From Thermoplasmata archaeon (GTDB lineage: Archaea > Thermoplasmatota > Thermoplasmata > Sysuiplasmatales > Sysuiplasmataceae): a stretch of 54,488 bases of DNA. Below are positions 8,056 through 17,936 of this stretch, one piece after another. Each line of letters begins with the position of its first letter. Position 1 is the first letter of the stretch. The stretch lies in contig JAKABN010000001.1 of the NCBI GenBank assembly GCA_021796895.1, positions 1 through 54,488 of the forward strand, in the 5' to 3' direction. The notes beneath the pieces were generated by a model. That model was not told the DNA's origin. It was given only the letters and a program-made list of their open reading frames with translations, and did no database searches. Both the position numbers and the translations under genes were made by a program.

Positions 8056-9498
8056 ATGGCTGGCCGATTGCAAATCGACGATAAGCTGCTTACAATAAAA
8101 CCTGACGGATCAAACGTTGGAACTGCCCGTAAAATGGCAGAGGACATTGTTGACGCCATTATAGAACACTTCTCAACGCTCAGAACCAAGGACGTCTATA
8201 GCGGACTGGAGATCAAAGCTCCCCTGTCACCCTCTCTCAACTGGGAAGAAACAGTTGAGTATCTGAAGAAGGTGATATCAAGTTCAATGCAAGTCAGTCA
8301 TCCAAAATTCTTTGGGCACATGGACTCTGGGCCTCTGTTTGTTTCAATGCTTTCAGATTGGGTCGCATCTGCCATGAACCAGAACATGCTTAATCCCGAG
8401 CTATCTCCGTTAGCGTCTGGGATAGAGGAGTTGTTGATTCAATGGTTGTTGGAACTAGTTAGTTTTAACGAGGGAGATGGCGCCCTTGTAAGTGGAGGGA
8501 CAGTGTCGAATCTAACAGCTGTTTTGCTGGCTCTCCATCATGTCACAAAAGGCCGTTTCAGGCAAGAGGGTGTTTCGTCACTTCCAAAGAAACCTGTTAT
8601 TTTTGCATCAGACCAAGCACATTACTCGGTTTCCAAAGTAGCTTCATCAACGGGATTGGGTGAGCAAAGCTTGGTAGAAATTCCCTCTGACAGTCATTTT
8701 CGTATGAAAACTGGTATTCTTGAGCAGGAGATACTCAACGCTGAATTAGCCGGAAAACTTCCACTCATGGTTGTTGCGACAGCAGGGACAACCAGCACGG
8801 GAAGCGTCGATCCCATTGCAGAAATTTCTGTAATTTGCCAGAAACATAATTTATGGCTACATGTCGATGCGGCGCATGGGGGAGGAGCCTTGTTCAGTCA
8901 TAGCAAGAAGGATTTGCTATATGGTATCGAACGAGCAGATAGTGTTACAATTGATCCACACAAGTGGCTGATGCAGCCCAAAAGCATGGGGGTGATACTT
9001 ACACGCTACAATGGAATGCTCGAAAGTCTATTCGGTCATAAGGCGCCCTATCTTACTGAAAAGTCTTCAGAACATGTTACAGATTGGGGGAACAAGGGAC
9101 TTCAGGGATCAAGACGTTTCGACGCTTTGAGATTCTGGATAACGAAACTGTATTTGGGAGACGACGGGCTGTCAAAACTTATAGAAAAGGGCTTTGAAAA
9201 TGTTTCCAAATGGGATAGTATGCTACGGGAAAAAGAGAACTTCGAGATCGCACACAGATCGGATTTGAACATTCTATGTTTCAGATATAGGCCGGAAAAC
9301 ATGGATGAAAACGAGGCAGACTTACTGAATGACAGTATACAGAGAGAATTAATGAAGTCTGGAAAAGGTTATTTATCGTCAACAACACTGAGAAACCACA
9401 GATGGCTAAGGAGCGTTTTCTTGAATCCAACGATTACAGTCGATGATATGATAGAAGTTCTGGAAGAAGTCGATGATCTGGGTGATGCTCTGAAATAA
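8056..9498 (+). CDS. Group II pyridoxal-phosphate-dependent amino-acid decarboxylase
   Basis: The PLP lysine motif is SVTIDPHKWL. Other supporting motifs are GGTVSNLTAVLLA, HVDAAHGG and the ATAGTTSTGSVDP loop. The 480 aa length is typical of the diaminobutyrate/aspartate/tyrosine decarboxylase group. Substrate cannot be called from sequence alone. Confidence 0.9.
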   Translation: MAGRLQIDDKLLTIKPDGSNVGTARKMAEDIVDAIIEHFSTLRTKDVYSGLEIKAPLSPSLNWEETVEYLKKVISSSMQVSHPKFFGHMDSGPLFVSMLSDWVASAMNQNMLNPELSPLASGIEELLIQWLLELVSFNEGDGALVSGGTVSNLTAVLLALHHVTKGRFRQEGVSSLPKKPVIFASDQAHYSVSKVASSTGLGEQSLVEIPSDSHFRMKTGILEQEILNAELAGKLPLMVVATAGTTSTGSVDPIAEISVICQKHNLWLHVDAAHGGGALFSHSKKDLLYGIERADSVTIDPHKWLMQPKSMGVILTRYNGMLESLFGHKAPYLTEKSSEHVTDWGNKGLQGSRRFDALRFWITKLYLGDDGLSKLIEKGFENVSKWDSMLREKENFEIAHRSDLNILCFRYRPENMDENEADLLNDSIQRELMKSGKGYLSSTTLRNHRWLRSVFLNPTITVDDMIEVLEEVDDLGDALK

Positions 9499-10334
9499 AC
9501 GTATTTGACCATCTTTACTCGGACAGAATACCAGCCCCCCTTCCAGTGTTACGAAGACAGCGGGATACCAAGGACAGACAAGTGCCCGGAGATAACAATA
9601 AGGAGGCACAAGACGTGGTACAGGAGGACGGGGCGGCAGGAAGTCGTAGGACAGCTTCATGGCGCAGTACGGGAGGAGCGTATTCATGATACCACTGGAT
9701 TTGTCGAGGAGCACACTCCCCGGCATGGTCGAATCGGCAGACAGGGAGAAGTCCGGCATGAGATGGAAGGAGTTCAATTCAAGGCGCTTAGAACGGTCGC
9801 TCATGAGGAGTGTCGCAAATGATTGCGATGCGGCACTGAGGGAGCTGGAAGAGCACTGGGCGGCAGTGCAGCATCGTCCGGCATACACGATGTTTTTTGT
9901 TCCCGGAACATGCAGCCGGGGCTCAGCGCGATGGCGCGGCTGCAGGCTGTGATGAGGCAAACACCAGAGTGCGTGAACGTCTGCGGGTCGTCTCAGGTAG
10001 TTCCTGTAAAGATATCATGCTCCTGCAGGGAGGTGTTGAATTCGATCGGTAAATCACTGTACGTTGCATCTGCAGTCATAGTTTTTTTTTTAAATCCCTC
10101 CGAATCCGGTATCCTTTTTCCAACCACTCACTGGCGCATTGGTCCTGGTGCACTCCTTTTCTGCCTTCTTGCAGTTGAAGGCCGCGAAACCCGAATTACT
10201 TCTCTCATTCGGCGGGCGATGAGTCAATCAATGATATTCGAATATCGGGCTGAGTATAGGATTGAGCGGGATGTTTTTAATGTGTGAGGGCAGTTTAGAG
10301 GTGCAAATGAACAGCATCCGCGTGAGGTGAATAA

Positions 10335-11468
10335 GTGTCGGTTAAATTCATTCATACTTCGGACTGGCATATGGGATTGAAATCTTCACATATTGGAGAA
10401 AAATCAAGGGACGCCAGACATAAACGACTTCAGGCCGTGTCATTAATAGCAGATATGGCAAAGGACGAAAGAGTCGACTTTGTCATCATCGCGGGTGACA
10501 TGTTCGACAGCCACAACATTGACGATCGTGCCGTCAGATCAACGGTTGAGGTTCTGAACAGATTTGCACCTGTCAACGTTTTTGTTCTTCCGGGCAATCA
10601 CGACCCTCTCCTCACTGGAGGCATCTGGGACAGAATTGCCTGGAAGGAAGCCGGCAGCCATATCAGGCTGATTACAGAGTCAAAGGAAATTCAGGTTACA
10701 AACAGTGCAGTGCTGTTTCCCTGCCCTGTCACACAGAAATTAAGCAGAACGGATCCGACCGCCTGGATATCCGGGAGAACTGCAGATGACAGGCGAATCA
10801 GGATAGGCCTTGCGCATGGTGCACTGGATGTACTCCCATCTCCAGGCAATTTTCCAATACCATCCGACAGGCAAAATCGTTCCGGCCTGGACTACCTTGC
10901 GCTTGGAGACTGGCATAGCTTCAGGAGGCATGACAGATCTGTTTATCCGGGAACACCTGAACAGACAAGATTTGATGAGGCCGAGCCGGGCAATGTGGTT
11001 ATCGTGCGGATTGATGAAGCTCAAAAAGAACCGGTTCTGACAAAGAGACATGTTGGACAGCTCACATGGCGCGAATATTCAACGCCGGTAAACGACGAAA
11101 CAGATGTTCGTGCTCTGCGTTCCTCGATATACGGCAACCGCGCAGTTTCTGAACAGCTGCTGCGAATCAGAACAGCTCTCGTCCCCGGCATACCTCAAAA
11201 TGCTGTCGATTCTGTGAAATCGCTTCGGGAGGAACTTGCTGAAAACGCATTCTACCTCGACTGGCCTGTGGAGACGGTTGAGTCTCCCATAAACATTTCA
11301 TCTGAATTGCCTGACGGCATCGTGTCGGAAATCGACGGTGTTCTTCAGTCCATCCTTGACGGAAACCATCAGGAAATGCCCGGGAGTTTACCGGTGAACA
11401 TTGACAGTTCTGTTGTGCCAGAAGCGAGAGTCCTCCTCAGGCGATTATACACGGAGGGAAAATCCTGA
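10335..11468 (+). CDS. Calcineurin-like metallophosphoesterase, SbcD/Mre11/YhaO-type nuclease subunit
   Basis: The start is GTG, preceded by GAGGTGA. The phosphoesterase motifs occur in order: HTSDWHMG, IIAGDMFD, LPGNHD, GLAHG, LGDWH. Confidence 0.85.
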   Translation: MSVKFIHTSDWHMGLKSSHIGEKSRDARHKRLQAVSLIADMAKDERVDFVIIAGDMFDSHNIDDRAVRSTVEVLNRFAPVNVFVLPGNHDPLLTGGIWDRIAWKEAGSHIRLITESKEIQVTNSAVLFPCPVTQKLSRTDPTAWISGRTADDRRIRIGLAHGALDVLPSPGNFPIPSDRQNRSGLDYLALGDWHSFRRHDRSVYPGTPEQTRFDEAEPGNVVIVRIDEAQKEPVLTKRHVGQLTWREYSTPVNDETDVRALRSSIYGNRAVSEQLLRIRTALVPGIPQNAVDSVKSLREELAENAFYLDWPVETVESPINISSELPDGIVSEIDGVLQSILDGNHQEMPGSLPVNIDSSVVPEARVLLRRLYTEGKS

Positions 11469-11479
11469 TTCTTGAAGAA

Positions 11480-14155
11480 TTGACAGTTTGTAACTGGCGC
11501 GGATACAGGGAGACTCACAAATTCGGGTTCAGCAGCGGAATAAATCTGCTTGTTGGCAGGAATGAGGCAGGAAAATCAACTCTCTTCGAAGTCCTCACAA
11601 GGTTGCTGTTCGACCGGCACAACTCCAGAACGGAGGAAATCAGGTCTATTCAGCCTATTGGAAGTTCTCTTGGCCCTGAGGCATGGATGGTTTTCAGTGC
11701 CGGCAGCACCAGGTACAGGATTCATAAGCGTTTTCTGCAGGATCCGATGAGTGAACTGCATGTTGAGAGAAACGGTCACTGGGAACTTGATCACAAAGAC
11801 GATCAGGCCGATTCAAGTGTCAGAAGCATCCTCGGCGGTGAATCATCACTCAGGACTGCCGCCAGAGCTGAAAATCGCGGCATTGCCCAGGCACTCTGGT
11901 ATCTGCAGTCAGACGGCGCCATTCCCCAGGGGACATGGAATGAGAGTGTGAGGCAGGGCATTCAGGGTCTCGTGCGCATTGCCGTCAGGTCCGATGCCGA
12001 AGAGAATTTTCTGGATAAACTGGAAACCGAATACAGGAAGTACTGGACGCCAACAGGACTGGAGTTGCAGAAAGGCGAACTCGGTGAAATTAAGGCCGCA
12101 GTATCACGGCTGACGGAGGAATTTTCCGGCATTCAGGCTATTGACAGAAAAATTGCTGTTTACCGCCAGGATCTGGAATATTTGCAGGGACGAAAAAGTG
12201 AAAAGAGCAGGGAGCGGGAAACCGCCTGTGCCGAAATGAAGTCACTTTCCGGAAAGATTGAGGCTGCTGAATCCTTTGAAAAGTCGAAGAGTCAGCTCGA
12301 GAGGGATGTTGAAGGCACAAAGAGAAATCTGGACGAGCTGCGAAGAAATATTTCACTGGTTTCAGGCTACCAGAAGGAAATACGTGAATTCACAAGGGAA
12401 ATGAATTCCCTCGAAAAATCCATTTCCCTGCTGCGGAGTGAAATGGAAACGGCACACGAATCCTCCGAGCGCCATGAGTTTCAGATTCAAAATGAGCTTC
12501 TGCCCGCGCTCAAAAAAGTTGAGCAGGAGCTCAGGGCACTTCAATCCGCAAAGAATTTGAGAACACTTGAAAAGCAGAGGGAACAGCTTGAGAATCATAT
12601 CAAAAAACTGAAGGCGAAGGAGGCGGAGATTGAGCATCTGAAAACCGAACGGTTAAGTCGCCTGTTTCCCACAAACGCCGAGCTGTCCAGGCTCAATAAA
12701 ATTCATGACAAACTTCTGTCCACTGACTCCAAGATTGAGGCCACCGCCATACGTGTTCTCTTCAGATGGCAGTCTAAAGAGAAGAAGATTGTGACCGTCC
12801 CGCCGGCTAAAAATCTGAAGAGTAATGAATTTCTGGTCAGGGAACCCACTGAATTCATGGTGCAGGGAATCGGCACGATTGTTATACGTAGTGATGCAGA
12901 GGAACTCAGGGAACTCACTAAACAATCAAAAACTCTACATAATGACCTTAGTGAGCTGCTCTTAAAACTCGGTGTCAGCAGCAGGGAAGATTTTCTGTCT
13001 CTACATGAGAAAGGCAGGGAGATGGAAAAGAGCATTGAGGCTGCACAAAACAGCCTCGAAGAGCTGACCAGCTCAAATCCTGAAGCGGAAGCGGAGCTTG
13101 CAAGAGTAATCAGGGGTATTGAAGAGGAAAGGCTGGCGGCATCGCATTTTCCTCTTCAGCCTGAAGAGAGGAAGGGCACGCTGATAAGGGAACTGATAGA
13201 GCAGAAAGGAAGAGAGAAGGACAGACTGATTTCTGAAATCGGCATTAAACAGGGCGCCGAAAAGAAGGAGACAAGGAGATTCGAGGAGAGTCAGGGCAAA
13301 CTGATGTCTCTTACAAACAGGCAATCAGAACTCATGGCGGGTAGACAGAGGGATGAGAACGACCTCGATTCCATTTTAGAGATTTATGGCACAGCGGACA
13401 ATCTCTCCAGACTCGTCTCGGAAGCAGAATCGAGGTTTGCAGAAAAGAGCGCGGAACTCGCAAATCTGCTCGGCGGCTACGAGGAAAATGTGGTCAGGCC
13501 GAGAAAGATGTACAGCGAGCTGGAATCTCTCATTGAAAAGCTCAGGGAGCAGATGAACCTCATCGACAATGAAATCAGCGCAAAATCCGCACTTATAGAT
13601 GAGGCCGTAAACAGCGGCAACTATGACCGCGCTGAAATAGTGGAAACCGGGCTGGAAGAGGCAAAGAGCAGACAGCAGGTGCTGCAGAGACGCGCCGAAG
13701 CAGTCAAACTGCTCAAGTCTCTTGCCGACGAGTCCGAGAGGCGCAGATCGCAGGCACTTTCTGCCCCTATCGGGAAGATTGTAAACCCGTGGATAGCCTT
13801 TCTCACAGACGGCGGTTACAACTCGCTCGTGCTTGACGATACGCTGAAGCCTTCGTCTGTTTCAGTGCCTGTGTATGGTTCAGAGATGCCTGTAAACAGC
13901 CTCAGTTACGGCATGCAGGAACAGGTGATTGTTCTGCTTCGCCTCGCAATAGGTGTTGTTGTAAGCAGCGAGAACAGAAATCTGGTGGTGATTGACGACA
14001 GGCTTGTAAATGCCGACACTGTCAGGATGAGGCGTCTTTGCGGAATTCTTGAGGAGGCCGCGAATCACTGCCAGATTGTGATTGCAACCTGCAATGACAC
14101 TCCCTATGCCTCGCTTGGTGCGAAAATCATCCGGGTGCCGTCAGACGGCATGTAG
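11480..14155 (+). CDS. SMC-like AAA ATPase, SbcC/Rad50/YhaN-type, with no zinc hook
   Basis: Walker A is LLVGRNEAGKSTLFEVL. A charged heptad-rich coiled coil of about 650 aa follows. The C-terminal head has LSYGMQEQVIVLLRLAI (signature-like), LVVIDDRLVNAD (Walker B with DD) and QIVIATCNDT. The whole protein has no CxxC. The true start may lie about 5 codons upstream (LILEELTVCNWRGY), which overlaps the sbcD-like stop, but no canonical start codon is present there. Confidence 0.85.
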   Translation: MTVCNWRGYRETHKFGFSSGINLLVGRNEAGKSTLFEVLTRLLFDRHNSRTEEIRSIQPIGSSLGPEAWMVFSAGSTRYRIHKRFLQDPMSELHVERNGHWELDHKDDQADSSVRSILGGESSLRTAARAENRGIAQALWYLQSDGAIPQGTWNESVRQGIQGLVRIAVRSDAEENFLDKLETEYRKYWTPTGLELQKGELGEIKAAVSRLTEEFSGIQAIDRKIAVYRQDLEYLQGRKSEKSRERETACAEMKSLSGKIEAAESFEKSKSQLERDVEGTKRNLDELRRNISLVSGYQKEIREFTREMNSLEKSISLLRSEMETAHESSERHEFQIQNELLPALKKVEQELRALQSAKNLRTLEKQREQLENHIKKLKAKEAEIEHLKTERLSRLFPTNAELSRLNKIHDKLLSTDSKIEATAIRVLFRWQSKEKKIVTVPPAKNLKSNEFLVREPTEFMVQGIGTIVIRSDAEELRELTKQSKTLHNDLSELLLKLGVSSREDFLSLHEKGREMEKSIEAAQNSLEELTSSNPEAEAELARVIRGIEEERLAASHFPLQPEERKGTLIRELIEQKGREKDRLISEIGIKQGAEKKETRRFEESQGKLMSLTNRQSELMAGRQRDENDLDSILEIYGTADNLSRLVSEAESRFAEKSAELANLLGGYEENVVRPRKMYSELESLIEKLREQMNLIDNEISAKSALIDEAVNSGNYDRAEIVETGLEEAKSRQQVLQRRAEAVKLLKSLADESERRRSQALSAPIGKIVNPWIAFLTDGGYNSLVLDDTLKPSSVSVPVYGSEMPVNSLSYGMQEQVIVLLRLAIGVVVSSENRNLVVIDDRLVNADTVRMRRLCGILEEAANHCQIVIATCNDTPYASLGAKIIRVPSDGM

Positions 14156-14348
14156 TTGTGTCATCGCATCAGCTGCCCTGCAGCGCAAAAATCCGCATGG
14201 GCCGCAGAGGCCGGTCAGGGACCACAACCGATCACAAATGACGCAGTCATTTCACGCTTTCTGTATTCCTGTACGAAGATGAAACTGGCAACAGATTATT
14301 ATGGTCTTTGCGGGTTGGCTTGAACAATTACATCCGGAGGGCAGGCAA

Positions 14349-15254
14349 GTGATTGAATGCGCGCAATTGACAAAGAGATATGGCCGCCGGGAGAGGAGAG
14401 CGCTCGATTCGGTAACTTTTTCAGTCCGGAGCAGAGGCATCTTTGTCCTCATCGGCAGAAACGGTTCAGGCAAGACAACCATGGTCAGAATACTTTCGAC
14501 CGAACTCGAGCCCACATCGGGCTCCGCTTCAATTGACGGCGTGGACGTCGTCACAAGCCCTACCGATGTGAGGGAGAGAATAGCCATAGTTCCGCAGGAG
14601 GCAAAGACTGTCAGCTGGATGACGCCGATGCAGACCGCGTCTTCCTATCTCTTATGGCGCGGATTCAGCCGCGCTGAGGCTAAAGCGCGCTCACTGGCAT
14701 CTCTTGAAAAACTGGGAATGGGAAATTCCGCCGACAGTCTCAACAGGACACTGTCGGGAGGCATGAAGAGGAAAGTGCTGGTGGCGACTGTTCTTGCCTC
14801 CGAGGCCGATGTTCTTTTCCTCGACGAGCCCACCACCGGCCTCGATCCCATTTCCAGAAGGGAGTTCTGGAGTATTCTCAGGGAGACTGCAAAGGAACGT
14901 TTTGTTTTTCTGACCACCCACTATCTCGAAGAGGCGGAAGCACTTGCAGACGACATAGGCATTCTGGACAGGGGCAGACTCATACGTATCGGAACACTGC
15001 AGAGCCTCAGGAAGAGCATCGATTACGATTTCAGTCTCAGGATACCGAAGGATCAGGCTGTCTCTCTGCCCCGCCTCAGAAACGGCGAGCTGTTTGACGG
15101 AAGCGAAGACACGCACATCCTGACGGTCGAGGACGAAGCATATGAAATATCCAGGGCACTTGCAAAGGAGGGAAGGCGGTTCACAATAAATCCGGTTTCA
15201 CTCGAGGACATATTTTTCTATCTCATAGTAAAGGAAGGTGAGCAGACTGGTTGA
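14349..15254 (+). CDS. ABC transporter ATP-binding protein (ABC-2 / drug-exporter type)
   Basis: Walker A is GRNGSGKTT, the signature is LSGGMKRK and Walker B is LFLDEPTTGLD. The GTG at 14349 is preceded by GGAGG at 14336-14340. The longer ORF-track start at 14301 is possible. Confidence 0.88.
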   Translation: MIECAQLTKRYGRRERRALDSVTFSVRSRGIFVLIGRNGSGKTTMVRILSTELEPTSGSASIDGVDVVTSPTDVRERIAIVPQEAKTVSWMTPMQTASSYLLWRGFSRAEAKARSLASLEKLGMGNSADSLNRTLSGGMKRKVLVATVLASEADVLFLDEPTTGLDPISRREFWSILRETAKERFVFLTTHYLEEAEALADDIGILDRGRLIRIGTLQSLRKSIDYDFSLRIPKDQAVSLPRLRNGELFDGSEDTHILTVEDEAYEISRALAKEGRRFTINPVSLEDIFFYLIVKEGEQTG

Positions 15255-16026
15255 CGGAAGTGTGGTGACGGACGTCGCGCCGATGAAGAGGAACAGGCTC
15301 AATCAGATACTCGCGTCCCTGTATGTCAACGCTCTGTATGAAATGAAGAACTATCCCGTCGTTCTGCTTAACACGATGCTCTCTCCGCTCTCATTTCTCA
15401 TACTGATTGTGTTCGTCAGCCATGGCAGGCTGATAGGCGAGGCCATTGAGGGCGGTCTGATAATGTCAATGTTCGGAGCCGGGACCTCTCTGCTCACGGA
15501 CATGTCGCACCTGAAGAACGACTTCAAGCTTCAGGACATGGTTGTGAGTTCTCCGGCCACCTGGCAGACATACGTCGCAGGAATGGCCCTTTCAGAAATT
15601 GTCTACTCGCTGCCCGCTCTTGTTGTGCTCGGTACTCTGGCTGCATATTTCATACACACCACGCCCGCAGGCTTTCTCACCATGATAGGTGTGTTTTTCA
15701 CCGTATTCGTCACATCCATTGTAATCGGATACACATTTGCGACATTTTCAAGCGATATCGTCCAGAGCTTTGCCTTCTCGAGGCTGATATCCACCCTGTT
15801 TGCCACCATCCCTCCGGTATACTATCCGATAACCTATGTGCCCCTTCCCTACCGTTACCTTGCCTACCTGTCGCCCACGACATACGCCGCGGAACTGGCA
15901 CAGAATGCTGGAGGATATCTTTCTCTTTCACCGCAGACATATCTCGTCGACTGGCTCGTGCTGATATCCGTCACCGCAATACTATTTGCGGTTGCGAGAA
16001 GGAAGGCAAAATGGAGGGAAACCTGA
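15238..16026 (+). CDS. ABC-2 type transporter permease
   Basis: Six predicted TM helices. It overlaps the end of the ATPase gene by 17 nt and has the size typical of ABC-2 permeases. The start could instead be the Met at 15283. Confidence 0.8.
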   Translation: MSRLVDGSVVTDVAPMKRNRLNQILASLYVNALYEMKNYPVVLLNTMLSPLSFLILIVFVSHGRLIGEAIEGGLIMSMFGAGTSLLTDMSHLKNDFKLQDMVVSSPATWQTYVAGMALSEIVYSLPALVVLGTLAAYFIHTTPAGFLTMIGVFFTVFVTSIVIGYTFATFSSDIVQSFAFSRLISTLFATIPPVYYPITYVPLPYRYLAYLSPTTYAAELAQNAGGYLSLSPQTYLVDWLVLISVTAILFAVARRKAKWRET

Positions 16027-16037
16027 CTCTTATGCAG

Positions 16038-17936
16038 TCATTTCAGGTGCGCGTCAAACCATTCCACAATCGCTCTCAGTCTTTCCACCCTGTGCTGCGG
16101 TTTACCGCTTCTTGACAGTTCATGGTTTTCGCCCGGAAAGAGTCTCATCTCCACTTCCCTGCTGAAATATTTCAGGGCAGAATAGAGCTGATACGCCTGC
16201 TCGACGGGGCACCTGTAATCCTCCTCGGAGTGTATGATCAGCAGGGGAGTTCGCATGTCACGTGCGAATTTGAGCGGCGACTTCTCCCAGTATGTTTCCG
16301 GATTCTCCCACGGCGTGCCCCCTATCTGGTCGCCGTTGAACCAGGGACCTATGTCTGATGTGCCGAAGAACGACAGCTGGTTGCTTATCGATCTCTGTGT
16401 TACCGCCGCCCTGAATCTGTCCGTATGGCCCACAATCCAGTTGGTCATGAACCCTCCGTACGAACCGCCGGTCACTCCCAGCCTTCTGCCGTCGATGTTC
16501 CGCGCTTTGCGCAGAAAGAAATCCGTGCAGGCCATCAGGTCTCCGTAGTCCCCCTCCCCGAAGTGCTGCCTCACTTTCAGGGAAAAATTATCTGAATATC
16601 CGTCGCTTCCTCTCGGATTGGAGTAGAAGACCGCATAGCCCCGGCTTGCAAGGAGCTGGAACTCAAACATGAATGCGTCGCCGTAAGCAGTCTTGGGTCC
16701 GCCGTGAATTTCCAGTATACCCGGACTTTTCTTTGCGCTTGAGTAGGAGAGGAGCCATCCGTCGATTTCAGTTCCGTCGGGAGCCTTGAAACTGTGATGT
16801 TCCGGTTTCCTGAGTTTTCTGGATGAAATGGCGCTGTTAAAATTACTCCTCCTCACCGTTCTGCCGGAGGACAGAGTGTGAAGTTCTGTGGGCCTTGAGG
16901 CATCCTGCGCTATGAATGCATAATCCTCCCCGTAAATGTCGAATGCCTCTACGCTGCCCTGAAAGTCAACGGCTTTCGACCACTTCCCATTTTCCACATC
17001 GGTGAGATAAACACCGCTTCTCTCTCCGTCTGTGGCAATGTACGACAGCGTTCTGCCGTCGCCGGACCAGCGAATCGTGAGCTCTCCTGCAACCCTGCTG
17101 TCCGAATTCACCGAATTGCCCGGATTCCTGTCCGGGGAGGCAAGCTCTTCCGGCTTCCCTCCGGACGTCTGCACCGCGGCTATTCTGCTGTGCTGAAAAA
17201 TAGTCTTTCCGGGTGCCCGGTATGTAAACGCTATTCTTCCGCCATCCTGCGAGAATGAAGGCGAGCCGTATCCGGCAGGAGTGCCGGTCACGCTCCTGAC
17301 ATGTTTGCCGTGCGTGTCGCAGACAAACAGATCAGAAGTGTAAACGTCCCATTCATCCTTCCTTGCTGTGAATGCAATGTGCTTTCCTGCAGGCGATACA
17401 TCGAACTGACCCACAGTCACCGGTCCACTGGTCAGCTGATGTATTCTGCCCTTCAGTGAAGTACTGTAAAGGTGCGTCTCCCTGCCGTCGAGAAAGCCCT
17501 TGGCGTTAAAATAGAAAGGAAATTTTCTTATTACTTTCACATCGCTTTTCTGCCCGCCCTTTTTTTCCGCCGTCGCCGTGAAAAATATCGCCCTTCCGTC
17601 GTGCGCCCATGAAACCGACGCAATCTTACCCCTGAATGCACAGACCTGTTCCGCTTCCCCTCCTGAAGGACTGATTGTGAAAATTCCCGTATCACCCTCC
17701 TTTCCTCTTTCTGAAACAAACGCCAGCCGTTTCCCGTCCGCCGACCATCTCGGGCATCTGTCCCTGGGGCCGGAAGTGAATTTTTTGAGTTTGCCGTCGT
17801 ACATCCATATCGCGCTGCGGTAATCATTTTTCTTCCTGTCCAGTCCGGTCACGACGAATGCCGCTCTCCGGCCGGATACATTCAGGTCGGACAGAAACCT
17901 GAGCCTGAATATGTCTTCGGGTTTCAGCTGCTTCAT
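16038..17936 (-). CDS. S9-family serine peptidase (acylaminoacyl-peptidase / prolyl oligopeptidase-like) with an N-terminal beta-propeller
   Basis: The nucleophile motif is GGSYGGFM, the Asp is in LLIIHSEEDYRCP and the His is in PGENHELSR. The N-terminal half has TolB-like repeats (KRLAFVSERG, KHIAFTARKD, GRIAFTYRAP). An internal Met (MKQLKPEDIF) is chosen as the start because it avoids overlap with the divergent gene. Confidence 0.9.
   Translation of the reverse strand: MKQLKPEDIFRLRFLSDLNVSGRRAAFVVTGLDRKKNDYRSAIWMYDGKLKKFTSGPRDRCPRWSADGKRLAFVSERGKEGDTGIFTISPSGGEAEQVCAFRGKIASVSWAHDGRAIFFTATAEKKGGQKSDVKVIRKFPFYFNAKGFLDGRETHLYSTSLKGRIHQLTSGPVTVGQFDVSPAGKHIAFTARKDEWDVYTSDLFVCDTHGKHVRSVTGTPAGYGSPSFSQDGGRIAFTYRAPGKTIFQHSRIAAVQTSGGKPEELASPDRNPGNSVNSDSRVAGELTIRWSGDGRTLSYIATDGERSGVYLTDVENGKWSKAVDFQGSVEAFDIYGEDYAFIAQDASRPTELHTLSSGRTVRRSNFNSAISSRKLRKPEHHSFKAPDGTEIDGWLLSYSSAKKSPGILEIHGGPKTAYGDAFMFEFQLLASRGYAVFYSNPRGSDGYSDNFSLKVRQHFGEGDYGDLMACTDFFLRKARNIDGRRLGVTGGSYGGFMTNWIVGHTDRFRAAVTQRSISNQLSFFGTSDIGPWFNGDQIGGTPWENPETYWEKSPLKFARDMRTPLLIIHSEEDYRCPVEQAYQLYSALKYFSREVEMRLFPGENHELSRSGKPQHRVERLRAIVEWFDAHLK

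Noticed and set aside
9406-9960. 184-aa minus-strand ORF and overlapping plus-strand ORFs (9505-9822, 9659-9952, 9823-10287) as genes
   Set aside because: All have a Cys/Arg/Pro-rich, non-globular composition. They overlap one another in three frames and have no motifs, so the region is treated as non-coding or decayed.
10335-14155. Calling the pair canonical archaeal Mre11-Rad50
   Set aside because: There is no zinc hook CxxC and no adjacent herA/nurA. The Walker B is DD and the H-loop position is TCN. A divergent SbcCD/YhaON-type system fits better, and a proper phylogeny is needed.
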